From: Felis catus
Taxonomy: Eukaryota
Direction: 5' to 3'
NCBI RefSeq assembly: GCF_018350175.1
Contig: NC_058368.1
Location: 74,588,001 to 74,652,000 of the forward strand
DNA: 64,000 bases
Shown here: in pieces, positions 50,890 through 63,249 of the stretch
Layout of the letters: each line of letters begins with the position of its first letter
Position numbering within the stretch: position 1 is the first letter of the stretch
Translations under genes and position numbers: made by a program
Notes under the pieces: model-generated
Told to the model about the DNA's origin: nothing
Database searches by the model: none
The model's input: only the letters and a program-made list of their open reading frames with translations

Positions 50890-51469
50890 GTCAGTCTTAA
50901 ACTAATGTTCTATTGCTGCATAAGAAGCCTTATTGCTGTGTTGCCAGACTTAGCGACTTAAAACAACAAACATTAATTGCCTCACGGTTTCCGTGGGTTA
51001 GAAGTCGGGCATATGCTCGGAGTCTCTCAAGGCTGTAATCCAGGGGCACGGGAGGCAGCATTTGCATTTGGAGGCTTGTCTGGTGAGGGATCAGCTTCAG
51101 ATTGCTGGCAGAATTCATTTCATGAGGCTGTACGACCAAGATCCCCTTTTGTTTGCCAGCTGTCGGTTGACAACCGCTCTCAGCTCTTGAGAGCTACCCA
51201 GATGCCCTTTCGAAACATGGTGGCTTACTTCTTTCAAGGCCTACTGGGCAATCTCTCTTGCACACGTCTGCTAAAACAGAGTCTTATGCAATCTGTGAGG
51301 AATCATCCCACCATCTTTGCCAGGTAAGATGATCGAGAGAGTAACTACCCCATTACCGTCCTGTCCTCTGTTGGCCAAGAACAAGTTGCAAGTCTACCCC
51401 CGCGCATGGGGACGGGTTTAGACAAAAGTGGGGGTCATTTCAAGTCACCTTAGAATTCTGCCTACCCCA
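50890..51469 (-). mobile_element. MaLR solo LTR (MLT1E/F-like)
   Basis: ttctattgctgcataa...acttagcgacttaaaacaacaaacatt...ctcacggtttccgtgggt...ggcagaattcattt...caccttagaattctgcctacc. Confidence 0.82.
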
Positions 51470-52758
51470 AATCTTAAAATCTTATTTTATTTATGTCTCC
51501 CACTTAATACAGTAATAAAGTGCATATGAAACTGGTTGGCATAATTTTATGAGCTTGTGGATGGGTCACAATATCAATCTCCCAAGGGAATCTTATTATC
51601 TAGTCTGATATTATATTAAGTCATATGTGTGTCCATATATGTACAAGCACACACATATGTTTATGTATAATATACCTGCAGACACCCATGTATATGTTCT
51701 TGTTCTTAAACTGTGTGGTTTTTGATTGCTTTATTATGCTTCATCATTTACATACATTACATAGGGCACCTAAGTATGGAATTAAATACATAGAAATCAT
51801 TAATAATTTGTATAGGTGGAAATTAATGTCAACCCAAGAATAGTTGAACCAAATACCTCTAACTCTATTTTGTGCATTTTTCTTCCACTTTTTCGTATGT
51901 TAAAGCATTTCTTGGTCTACTGATAAAATATCTCAATGCAGAACCCAATCAATCAACACATGAGTGAACCTCTAAATAGAAATAAGTATATGCCGGCTGA
52001 AGAAAAATCTTAGAAAAGAAGCAAAATAATGAAATAAATTCCTTAAGGGATATTTCAACTCTGTCTGCCTCTGTCATGTTGAGATCATACCTGTGGCATG
52101 TGAGTGCAGCATTCTGTTTTAGTGAAGGGGAACTGTCTATGTCTGGTATGCAGTGAGATGAAGGTGATGTCAAACCTGGAGTAGGAACTGGCCGCCTAAT
52201 TCTCACCGTTTGTGGCTCATCTGTAGGCACGCATTATGCTCCCTGACTCCTGGTTATATTCTAGACTCATTCAGAGACATACGGAGAGGAAAGGCAGAGG
52301 CATGTCTCTGGGTAAGGTCTATGCCCAAAGGTGGTTCAAGAAAGTGTAGGGCTCCAGTTGGCTCATCATCTGTCTTGTGGCAGAAATGGCAGACATTTAA
52401 AAAACCTCTACTTACAGATTTTCTCAAATCGAGGGGAAGGGGTGTGCACATGTGTCCTTCCCTTCCAATTCTGTAATGGAAGCATTAAGATATTAAGCAC
52501 ATCCAACTTCTGGGTGGAGAACGCCATGATAGGAGTTTTGCAGAGTATTGCATGCTTCTGTTTCCTTTCCTTCTTGGAATAGTATATATTATGTGAAGAT
52601 GGAGTGTTAGAGCCTTGACCTACCAAGCTTCAGGAAAAAAGCCTGATGGTTAATCAAATCCATCTGTTCCCAGGGGAAGGCAACAGTACACATGACCGAT
52701 ACCTGTCATCCAGCCTCGAAGAGCTCTTTCCTAGCTCCCGATAACCTTTGCAATTGAC

Positions 52759-52974
52759 TTTTTTTAACTGTGTTTTTATGCTTATTTAGTTTTTGAGACA
52801 GACAGAGCGCGAGCAGTGGAGGGGCAGAGAGAGGGGGAGACACAGAATAGGAAGCAGGCTCCAGGCTCTGAGCTGTCAACATAGAGCCCGACGTGGGGCT
52901 CGAACTCACAGAGCAGGAGATCATGACCTGAGCCGAAGTCAGACGCTCAACCGACTGAGCCACCCAGGCGCCCC
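52759..52974 (-). mobile_element. CanSINE (felid)
   Basis: Full length; TSD gcaattgactttt. Confidence 0.96.
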
Positions 52975-53479
52975 GCAATTGACTTTTTTATTAACCAACC
53001 CTTACAGATTAGTGTCCTCTTTACCTTGATTCCCGCATCTTTTTAGAATATTCTTTTAAATATATATCAATTGTGTATGTATTTAATTGGGAAAGGGAAG
53101 AGCAATCATGAAAAATGATGTCAGGGAAAGAGAAGAAAAATGAGGAGAGAAGGCAAAAAAGAGGACAGAGCAGAAAAGGAGGGAGAGAAAGAAGAAAAGT
53201 GAATGATAAAGAGAGAGATATAGGAAGAGATGAATGAGAAGGTCGAGACATCGCTTGACTCTTCAGGTTAATCCAAGACTCAGATTCAGGTTGGAACGTT
53301 TATGCACGGGCATGCCAATGGTGTTTTAGTCTTGGCAAGTCCGAAAGGATTCTTCATGACCTCGTCATTTGCAATGTTCCCTGAGAGCAGGAGAGTATCT
53401 TTTCTAGTCTCATTATCTTATTCTAAATTCTGCATAAAAATAGTCTGCCCTCCCTTGCTCACCATCTGGCATATCTTCT

Positions 53480-54930
53480 ATATTGAGGAATTTGACTTTT
53501 GCCCGCCGCATGCCCCTGAAACTGCCTTTTCGAATTTGACCTTATTGTTCAATGCATTGTCTTTTTCATTTTATTCTCCCTCTTTTTTCCCAGTCCATCC
53601 CTTACTAGAGCTCTCAGTCATCTCTTAAAAAAATTTTTTTAATGTATTTTTATTTTTTGAGGCAGAGAGGGAAAGTGTACAAGCACACGTGCGCGGGAGA
53701 GGGACAGAGGGAGAGGAAGGGAGAAGCTCAAGCATGCTTCATGGTCAGTGCAGAGCCCGATGTGGGACTCAACCCCGCAAACCTGGGATCATGACCTGAG
53801 CCGAAATCAAGGGTCGGACGCTTACCCAACGGAGCCACCCAGGAGCCCCATTCTATCATCCTTTCTGTAAATCTGACTGTAAAGCTCTGTTCCTTTGTAT
53901 CCACCGTAGCCCTTCAGTAATGTTTAAGGCTTTATGATTATTTCTTCCAGGCTAGTTCCTGAGCTCCTCCCTCTCAGCTCCTTCTGGAACTCACAGGGTG
54001 ATGATGTCCTCAGTCTTCCACTCTCCCCTCCCTCCCACCCTCCCGGGACCATCCCACCTGTTTACAGGGGTCAAACCACCACATTCATGCTGAAGATTGC
54101 CAAGTCTCTGTCCCCAAGTCCAGGCAGCTCATTTGAGTTCTGGGTCACGTACCCAAACGTGTGCTGAGCGTAGCCCTCGATGTTCTGCAAACATCTCAAA
54201 TTCCCTACAGTCAGAAACTACACTCATCCTCTCCTTGAGTAAACCTGCCGCTCTCCCTTTCTATCTCTCCTATACCCAGTGAATCTGGAAGCATTTATCA
54301 CCTTAGCAGCTACATCCAGTCAATCCCTAACTTTTACGATACTTCCTAAGGGCTAACAAATTGACCCTCCTGCTCTATCGCCATTAAGGATAGCTGTAAC
54401 ACACTCTCTTATCTTGCTTCTGTGCTTTCTTATAAAATGCTTCATGAAGGATCATCCTGCATCAAAGAGTCTGTCTAATGTCTTATTTGCACATACACTC
54501 GAGATTCACGGAAGCCGCAAAGCTCCGCGCATTACTTACTTGCCCAACCCTTCCACAACTTGTCATAATCAGGAGAACACAGTCTAAACTTCTTAAAATG
54601 GCATATAGTCTCTGGGACTATCTCTCTCTTTTTAGCATTACTTCTTGGTGTGCCCCCCCCCCTCAGAACTTAGGCTGTAACAATCCCAGTCTGTTTCTGG
54701 TTCCCTTCATCACAAAATGCTGCTTCCCCATGCAGACCTTCCCCCATACTCTGCCTTCTCCTTGGGAATCCCCCTTCCGCCTGGAATCCCAAGTTTTATT
54801 TTTAAAATAAATTCCTAAAGAGAGTTTTCCCTTACTGCTAGAGATGGGGGGATGTGCCCCTCCTCTGTGCTACCCTCATCCTAAACCTGCTATTGCTATA
54901 AAAACATTGCATTGCAGTTGTATACCCGTG
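53480..54930 (+). mobile_element. L2-like fragments
   Basis: catgcccctgaaactgccttt; gcaaacatctcaaatt; ggagaacacagtctaaacttcttaaaatggcatatagtctct; cctcctctgtgctaccc. Confidence 0.45.
53626..53849 (-). mobile_element. CanSINE, older subfamily
   Basis: cagtgcagagcccgatgtgggactcaacccc...gggatcatgacctgagccgaaatcaagggtcggacgctt...ccacccaggagcccc. Confidence 0.92.
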
Positions 54931-56027
54931 TCTTCCAGGGAGAGAGAAGGCAACTGCTGTGCTTCCCCTTATAGCTGGGAAAATGCAGGTCAAACTACAA
55001 TGTAGCAACTTCTCTTAAAACCATAAAAGAACTGAAATCTTAGGGTAATCAAACATCTCCAAACCTGGAGAAAGAGACATACCCTTGCAGGAATAAGCAG
55101 GTTAGGAGAATTTGCTTGTCTGGGAGAGATGTCCCTGAACACACAGGAGCCCGCAAGGTTCTGGAAATTTACCAGGCATTGCAAAAGGCCAACTATGGGC
55201 TGTTGAGGGAGGATAGAGTGGTGAAGCCTTCACACTGAGAAAGGTTTGCATCTCTTGTTGACTTTACACAGGGGACCTCAGGGAAGATGGAGGGGGGGGG
55301 GTGGGGATTCTGAGAAAGCTCCCCCTTTGTAGTGCCTGGGGTTGGGGACAGTTGCCACAACCTAAATATGCCCAGACCTACTTTCTCTGTGCCCTACGGG
55401 GGGGGGGGGGGGAGGGAAAGAATACTTAATATGCAAGAGAAAGATAAGAAAAACTGCAGCCCGAGGGCATAAACTGATTGTCACATCACTCAAGTTTATT
55501 CTGTTAAAAAACGAACAAGAAAAAAATTGGGGTATGCATTCCAAACGTTTATATCTAAGAAAACACATGGTCTTAAAATGCAAAGGAATTGGAACCCAAA
55601 GACCGAAACTGTAATTTAATTATAATTAGTTGTATGACTTTCCGAGTTACTGCCTCATAACATGGAACTTGCATTGATTATAAAGCTATGTTTAATTAGT
55701 GGGTGGTGGTACATGTCATTATTTTAAATATCGATAGCATGAATGAGGAACTAATTTTTCCCTGGGGAACTATCTCCACCAGAAGTAACTGAGAGCAAGG
55801 CGGTAGGTCAACATCTCGTGTCTCTTTACTTCCACTCTTTATTTAGCACGGGAAAGCCTTTCCCCAAAGCCATGCTCTCCTACTAAGGGAAGTTGCTACT
55901 CGAGTTTCAAGGTGTTTGATGCACCAAGGCAACTTCTCCAGAGTTGGCTGTCCCATTTCAAAAAGATTCTTATCTTCAAAATCTAAATTACAGGCCATAG
56001 CCCATGGCAACTAAAATTGTGAGAGCA

Positions 56028-56446
56028 GGGGTCCCTGGGTGGCTCAGTCCCTTGAACATCCAACTCTTGATTTCAGCTCAGGTCATGACTCCAGGGTCAT
56101 GGGATCGAGCCCCACGTCCAACTCTGCACTAAGTGTGGAGCCTGCTTAAGATTCTCTCTCTCTCAGGGTGCCTGTGTGGCTCAGTCAGTTAAGCATCTGA
56201 TTTTGGCTCAGGTTACGATCTCACGGTTTGTGGGTTCAAGCCCCACATAAGGGCTCTGTGCTGACAGCTCGGAGCCTGGAGCCTGCTTCGGATTCTGTGT
56301 CTCCCTCTCTCTGCCCCTCCACTGCTTGTGCTCTCTCTCTCTCTCAAAAATAAATAGATAAACATAAACACATATTCTCTCTCTGCCTCAGCCCCTCTCT
56401 CCTGCTCTCTCACTTTCCCTAAAATAAAAATAAAATAAAATAAAAA
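56028..56446 (+). mobile_element. Older CanSINE (56028-56165 and 56374-56446) split by a nested SINE
   Basis: Outer TSD taaaattgtga(g/a)agca. Confidence 0.92.
56166..56373 (+). mobile_element. CanSINE nested in the CT tract of the older SINE
   Basis: gggtgcctgtgtggctcagtcagttaag head; TSD attctctctct. Confidence 0.92.
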
Positions 56447-56859
56447 TAAAATTGTGAAAGCAGAAGGGAGTAACTAAGTGCTCGTTTATGTTAGGATGGT
56501 AAAGTAACGAAGTGGCTTTGAGATTAGTTCCTTCCAGGTTCCAACTGTGACTCTGCTTTGATCAACCCCTTGCCTCTTGCAGAAATAATGAACTTCCTTC
56601 GGATCCAGTCCCCACAATTGTAAAAAAGGGAAGAGTTGTGAGGTTTAACAGCATCATGTCTTCAGTGTATTCTGAGTAGTCCATGAAGAAACCTGCCATT
56701 ATTATTATTATCATTATTATTAGAGTTGTCTTTATTTGGTAAATAAATAACACCACTCTGATGATTTTGTTTTATTTGGCTAAACGGAAGCTCTTCCTTG
56801 CATACCTATCCATAGACCAGAAAAATTTGGCATTCCTTGTCCTGCTTTCTTTGAATGTG

Positions 56860-57240
56860 CGGCAACCTTTCAATTAGAAGAGGGAACGTGCGTGTTTTGA
56901 CGAGGCGAGCCTTGTCCTAGGTGAAACAGTTCACAGTTTATCAAATGCTAAAGCCCATTAAGAGTTCTTTCACAGAATAACAGTCTGAACTCGCAAACTG
57001 CGGAGGGAGGAGTTGATGTGCGTACTATGGACTTGCAATACGTGACATTTCATCAGCCATTCAATGAGCTAAATTTAGCGCCCAGGCAAGCATAATGGTA
57101 CCATGGAGTCAAATAAAATCAGTGCTAGGACGGCAACCTGCAAAATTCAAAAGCGTTGGCGATGTTAATGCATCTGATTTATTAATCTTTCCTATTCAGC
57201 GTTTTATGAGATTTTAAATGGTCACTATTTAGCATCAGAT
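56860..57240. promoter_or_regulatory. Candidate enhancer / conserved non-coding block
   Basis: No recognisable repeat; retained CpGs; MEF2-type CTAAATTTAG at 57069 and PBX-HOX-type TGATTTAT at 57175. Inference only. Confidence 0.3.
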
Positions 57241-57294
57241 TCCTGGAGAGAAAATGAATCCCTGTCATATGCTCAATTTAAAATAAAAGGCTTT

Positions 57295-57514
57295 GGGGAG
57301 CCTGGGTGGCTCAGTCGGTTGAGCGTCCGACTTCGGCTCAAGTCACGATCTCGCAGTCCGTGAGTTCGAGTCCCGCGTCAGGCTCTGTGCTGACAGCTCA
57401 GAGTTTGGATCCCGCTACAGATTCTGTGTCTCCCTCTCTCTGACCCTCCCCCGTTCATGCTCTGTCTCTCTCTGTCTCAAAAATAAATAAATAAACGTTA
57501 AAAAAATTAAAAAA
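57295..57514 (+). mobile_element. CanSINE (felid)
   Basis: Full length; TSD taaaataaaaggctt. Confidence 0.96.
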
Positions 57515-57912
57515 TAAAATAAAAGGCTTACACTTGGTGACTAGAACTGACCCTGTTTACATTCACTGTGGATGATTCAAAGGCAGAATAGAGGCCATTT
57601 TCTCCGTCATTGAACTCGCGTGAGATGGAGACATTTTTAGATGTTTGTGTGTGTGAAATTCAGTACCTCATAAATATGGTCTGGGAAGAACCAGGTAATC
57701 CCAGGGATAAAAAAGACTATATATTCATAACTCTTACCTTACACAGGTGCACGCACATCCCTCGATTAAGTACAGAAAGCTGTGCAGAGAAATAGGATAT
57801 ATTTGGGCAAAATAGACATGTTACCGAGAATCCTACGTCCCTGATTTTCCTCTGAACTCAGAGGATTTTCATTTCCTTCCTTCCTCCTCCTTTGTCTTTC
57901 ATATACTCCCGT

Positions 57913-57915
<3 letters not shown>

Positions 57916-57960
<45 letters not shown>
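57916..57960. repeat. (CA)n microsatellite
   Basis: Direct. Confidence 0.97.
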
Positions 57961-57962
<2 letters not shown>

Positions 57963-58215
57963 TCACAAGGCCTCTGAGAAGGTTCCTTTACTTCTGAGAA
58001 GCGACACTTGAAAATGAAAAGATTTGTATTTTAATCAGTTTGCTATTTGATATCACCTGCCTTCCTTGTATTTTGTACGTTTACAAAACGAATTGCTGTG
58101 TGTAGGTGCTCAAACTCTGTCCCCACGGTATCCTTAAGTAAACCGCTGTATAGCAACAAAAATTTTAACCCAGTTGTTGAATAAACACGTTAGTAAAAAG
58201 CAAAGCCATACTTTT

Positions 58216-58437
58216 ATTTTTTTTCAACTTTTTTTTTTATTTTTATTTTTGGGACAGAGAGAGACAGAGCATGAACGGGGGAAGGGCAGAGAGAGAGAGG
58301 GAGACACAGAATCAGAAACAGGATCCAGGCTCCGAGCCATCAGCCCAGAGCCTGACGCGGGGCTCGAACTCACGGACCACGAGATCGTGACCTGGCTGAA
58401 GTCGGACGCTTAACCGACTGCGCCATCCAGGCGCCCC
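58216..58437 (-). mobile_element. CanSINE, young SINEC_Fc-like
   Basis: Full length; TSD aaagccatactttt. Confidence 0.97.
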
Positions 58438-58765
58438 AAAGCCATACTTTTAGAAATTGCAAGTCCTGTCTTTGACTTTCCTCACCGCAGTAGATAACAC
58501 TGATTTCATTGGACGTGTAGAGAAATACCATAAATATTTTTTAATTACTTAAAAAAATAAATCTACAACTGTAATAGTTAGGACACAAATGTCCTAAAAT
58601 ATTTTGCTTTATGCTCATTCCACAGCATCACTCCATGTCCCTGTGAAAATCTAGGCTTTCTCTCCTTTGGAGTCTTAAATGGCATGCGATTTGCAGAGAA
58701 CTCAGAGAGTAGTGCCTTCAGTTATAAATAAACCTAGAACGGTGTCAATATATCTGAGACATTTC

Positions 58766-58983
58766 GTAAAAAATTTTTTTAACGTTTATTTATTTTTGAG
58801 ACAGAGAAAGACAAATCATGAACGGGGAAGGGTCAGTGAGCGAGGGAGACACAGAATCTGAAACAGGCTCCAGGCTCTGAGCTGTCAGCACAGAGCCCGA
58901 TGCAGGGCTCGAACTCACGGACCACGAGATCATGACCTGAGCCGAAGTCGGACGCTTAACCGACTGAGCCACCCCCGCGCCCC
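58766..58983 (-). mobile_element. CanSINE (felid)
   Basis: Full length; TSD tc(t/c)gagacattt. Confidence 0.96.
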
Positions 58984-59675
58984 TCCGAGACATTTTGATA
59001 AATACTAACATTTAGTACTGTGATGCTCTAGAACTCCAAATTTTCTAAAAATAATTAAGTAAATTATGCCAGAATATGGAAACGTAAAATACAATTGGAT
59101 CTCAAGTGGTGAAAATGTGTCAGATACTATACTTACAAGTCATGACCTTCAAAAAGGAAGTGAAAATTTTCTTTGGATTACCCAAGCCCTGCTAGGACTA
59201 TTTCCTGAATAGTTCGGTGTTAGCGATGGTAGTACATATTAATTGCAGTATATTTAAATCAAAGTACCACGTGTTACATCACATTGCCCAGAATTATGCC
59301 ACATTGTCATCTCAAAAACTCTCTATAAAGGGGTATGGACCCCATTAATTTCTTTGAGTCCATCAGAATTTCTCTCTGGAGAATAGTCTGAACTTTCCCC
59401 AAGCTACACACGTAATGAGTGGATACCTAAACAGATTTGCGACATCGTCAGAAGAACAATACTTATCAGGAATGCAGCCCATAGTGTTGGTTACAGCATC
59501 CATACAATGAAATAGAATTCACAGCCATTAATACGATACTCTTTCTTCTTAGCGATGCTGGTGATTGTTTATAGAAATAGAAATAACAGAATGTTACATA
59601 GTTAACTGACAAATTCAGATTATAAAATGGTCTGTGCTATGATCTGTTTTATTCTCATTTACTAAGCCAGATGAT

Positions 59676-59792
59676 ATATAGATAGATGGATAGTTAGTAA
59701 GATAGATGTTAGATGGATAGATGATAGATAGGTGATAGATGACAGATAGATAGATAGATGATAGATACATAATAGGAGAAGAAAGAAAAAAA

Positions 59793-59839
<47 letters not shown>

Positions 59840-59911
59840 GAAGGAAGAAAGGAGGGAGGGAGGGAAAGAAGGAAGGAGGGAGGGAGGGAAGGAAGGAAGG
59901 AAGGGAAGAAG
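59676..59911. repeat. Compound (GATA)n-(GAAA)n-(GGAA/GGGA)n microsatellite
   Basis: Direct. Confidence 0.93.
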
Positions 59912-60145
59912 AATATATAGAAAATATGCCCACATATACACTGTAGCAGGGTTTGGTGATATATAAATACTAAACTGTTAGCAATGCTAAATAACCTTAG
60001 AATAAGATTGTCTTCGTGAAATACTTATTCTTATCCTGTTCCTCTTTTATTTTACACATTTGTACCTTTGGGAAAATATTTAAATTATTCAAAGCACTCA
60101 ACTTAATAATTCCTACAATATAGCTATTGTCAGATAAGCATCTGA

Positions 60146-60182
60146 ATTTTTTTTTAATTTTTTCAAGTGTGTATTTATTTTT

Positions 60183-60216
<34 letters not shown>

Positions 60217-60376
60217 ATGAGTCGTGGAGGGGCAGAGAGAGAGGGAGACACACAATCAGAAACAGGCTCCAGGCTCTGAGCTGTCAGCACAGATGCGGGG
60301 CTTGAACTCACAAGCTGTGAGATCATGACCTGAGCCAAAGTCAGATGCTCAACCGACTGAGCCACCCAGGTGCCCC
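60146..60376 (-). mobile_element. CanSINE (felid)
   Basis: Full length with long (GA)n; ctgaa on both flanks. Confidence 0.95.
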
Positions 60377-62044
60377 TGAAACTTTAACAGCATAAGACTT
60401 CATAAGAGAAACGAAGTCTGAGGCCCAATGAACAATAATAAACGATTGATCACAGGTTATTTTTTAAATCTTATTTCCTGTTAGAAAATACAAAGCTCCC
60501 TATTTCCCACGTTTGATCATGCAGTGATTGAGTTTGATGGGCCTTCCTAAAGTTCCTGCTGAGTGTTTTAGAAAAGATTAGATGACAAATTCAGTGCAGT
60601 TGAATTGCAAAAAGATATGTACGTCACACTGAGGGTTTAAACTATTTATTTTCCTTTTCGGCTCACATCGGTTTTGATTGTTACTTTTAGATGGGATTAA
60701 AATTATAGCAGTTGAAAGTCCTATTGAAATAAATATAAAATACTATCCGTTATATGAATCTAAAAAGTTGCCTCAATTTCTACAGTGAGCTTACAAAGAC
60801 CAACCATGAAACCCAAAAAATATACTAGAAAGAGGGAAGATAAACTTTAGATAATTTGCCTGCATCTATCATTTAAATGCTCATAACCCTATATATGCTG
60901 ATACAACCATTCAAAGGAAGCTATGACCATAAAGAATTAGCAAAAGCAGGGCAAATCTAATTTAAAGGCATTATGAGTGAAGCATTAAGATTGCTTTAAT
61001 CAGAATGACCATTGGCTTCTAGGAAGAGACTGAAACAATTCTTTTCTTTTCACCTGTGATGTTTATGTATACTTTTTTAGATTGAATTTGGATGGTGGCA
61101 TCATGGGTACAATTATCAGCCTTTCGAGGTAGATACATAGAATAATAGAAAGAATGTAAACTGATGTCTTTCACACCATAGGTTATTTCTGTCAGCTAAA
61201 CAATGATAACTTTGATTACAGAGTAGATCAGTCATTTGTTTATCCAGAGGAATGTTCCAAACTCCTCACGATCTCAAAGTAGATTGGGAATGTATTTTTT
61301 TTTTAAAGCAACAGAATATTTATTGGTCAACTCACATAAGATGAGAAATTTTTATTCACAGATGATATGGCCATAACAACAGCCAGCAAGGAGGGTTTCT
61401 CTCAACCAGGGGTCTCCACGTTGGTGTGCAGGTTCAAGGACATGTATTGTCACACAGGAAGAAAATATGAGACATTCTACTTAGGTACTTACAGAATGAT
61501 GGAAGAATTACGATTTACCAGTGGATGATATTTGGCGGTAACCTATTACAAATGAGTCGCTAACATACAAATACTGTTCAGATTTTTATTTACTGACAGT
61601 GGAGGGCCATGTTGTTTTAGTTTGTGAAACACTGCAGGGACACAGAACCAAGTTCTGAGACCACTTCTTTAAGTAATGGGAAGGGGCGTAAGGTTAATAT
61701 TCCAGTGAGCCCCTTGCCTTAAACTTGCCTTCAGTAGTGGCTTTTAAGCTTCTTCATACACTGTAGCACGTCTCCCCGCTGTCATATCTACGAGCAGAAC
61801 TTTGCTGCCGCAATGTTTCAGGATACACCGTAGAAAAAGCCCTTCTTCTGCACTCAAAAGATCTACAAAATCCTGTGGGTCAGCAAAAACACAGAAAAAA
61901 ACCTCAAAACAACTCACAACAAGACCAAACGTAGGATGATGAACATTAAGTAATTCCATTAAATAATAAAGTAAGTTCTGCAAAGAACCCAGTACAGTGA
62001 TGCTTGGTACATAGCATATACAATTGTTCTTTCCTTCTCCAATT

Positions 62045-62250
62045 TAACTTTTTTAAAAATGTTTATTTATTCTTGAGAGAGAGAGAGAGAGAGACAGAGC
62101 ATGAGTGAGGGAGGGATAGAGAGAGGGACACAGAATCCGAGGCAGACTCCGGGCTCTGAGCTGTCAACAGAGTCCGGCGCGGGGCTTGAACTCACAGGCT
62201 GTGAGATCATGACCTGCGCCGAAGTCAGACGCTCAAACAACTAAGCCATC
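62045..62250 (-). mobile_element. CanSINE lacking the extreme 5' end
   Basis: Body and tail intact; similarity stops at ctaagccatc; no TSD seen. Confidence 0.93.
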
Positions 62251-63249
62251 TTGTAATTATTTACACCAAAGTTAGCTTTAGTAAATTGATCATAATTCTT
62301 TTCACAGCAGAAATCACTTTCCTCTCCAATAATCAATTTGATGTCTTAAAACTTTCAAGTCAAGAACAGTTTCAATTTTTCTTAGGTATGTAATGAGCCT
62401 GAACACAATGTCTATGTGATCGGAATTGAAAGCAAACAAAAGCAGTGCCATGGTCCTATCTCCCGAAGTGCCAATTGCTAACTGCATGCTTCAGGAAGGC
62501 CTTAGATCCTTGCTTTAAAGATGCAGGCAACCACGGCCCACTTTAATACCATAATTCAACTAAATGTAGCAAAATAGCACCACTCTAGGAAGCCCTGGAA
62601 ATGCAATGTTTAACAATACAACCCCCACCCCCCACCGCCCTTGCCTGGATGTTCCTTGTCAGGCTGAGATTTGAAGCTCAAAGTTTACCAACTGGTAGTA
62701 GAAGGAAACTTATTCATATTTGCTATGCCACTCATAGCACTGACACATAAAATTGTGTTTGTAACTTTCAGTGCTTTCTCATTAGTTTCTGTGGAAGTCC
62801 ATCCTAATCATCAAAATTATATATTCGTGCTTTAGTTTCAAATAGGTCCCATGGCAAAGAGTTTAACTTACTGTGTACATGAAGCACTTAACTTTACCAA
62901 AATGGTATCCTACTTATGGAAATATGATAATATCTCTTTAAGTTTGTTCTTCGTTACATGACTAAAATTTTCTTCTCCCTCTTTCTTCTCTCCTCCCCTA
63001 GGTTTCTCGATATAGTTTATAGCCAGGAGCTTATCGTGAAGTGATAAAGAAGAAGGAAAGACCATAATGTCAATTCTAGACTAACAAAATATCCATCTGT
63101 TGTATCTACATATTAAGCTTTGTGCCATGTTTTTAAAGATAGTACGTGATTGCCTAAGGATTTATAACACCCATCATGTAATTAGTCAGTAAAATTTCAA
63201 AAATAGATCAAAACTCTCAAAATACTCAACCGTATATTGTCTGTATAAT

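Noticed and set aside
2417..60365. Recurrent ORFs of the type MAQSVKRPTSAQVMI.../..EPGACFRFCVSLSL..
   Set aside because: They are translations of CanSINE copies, not a gene family.
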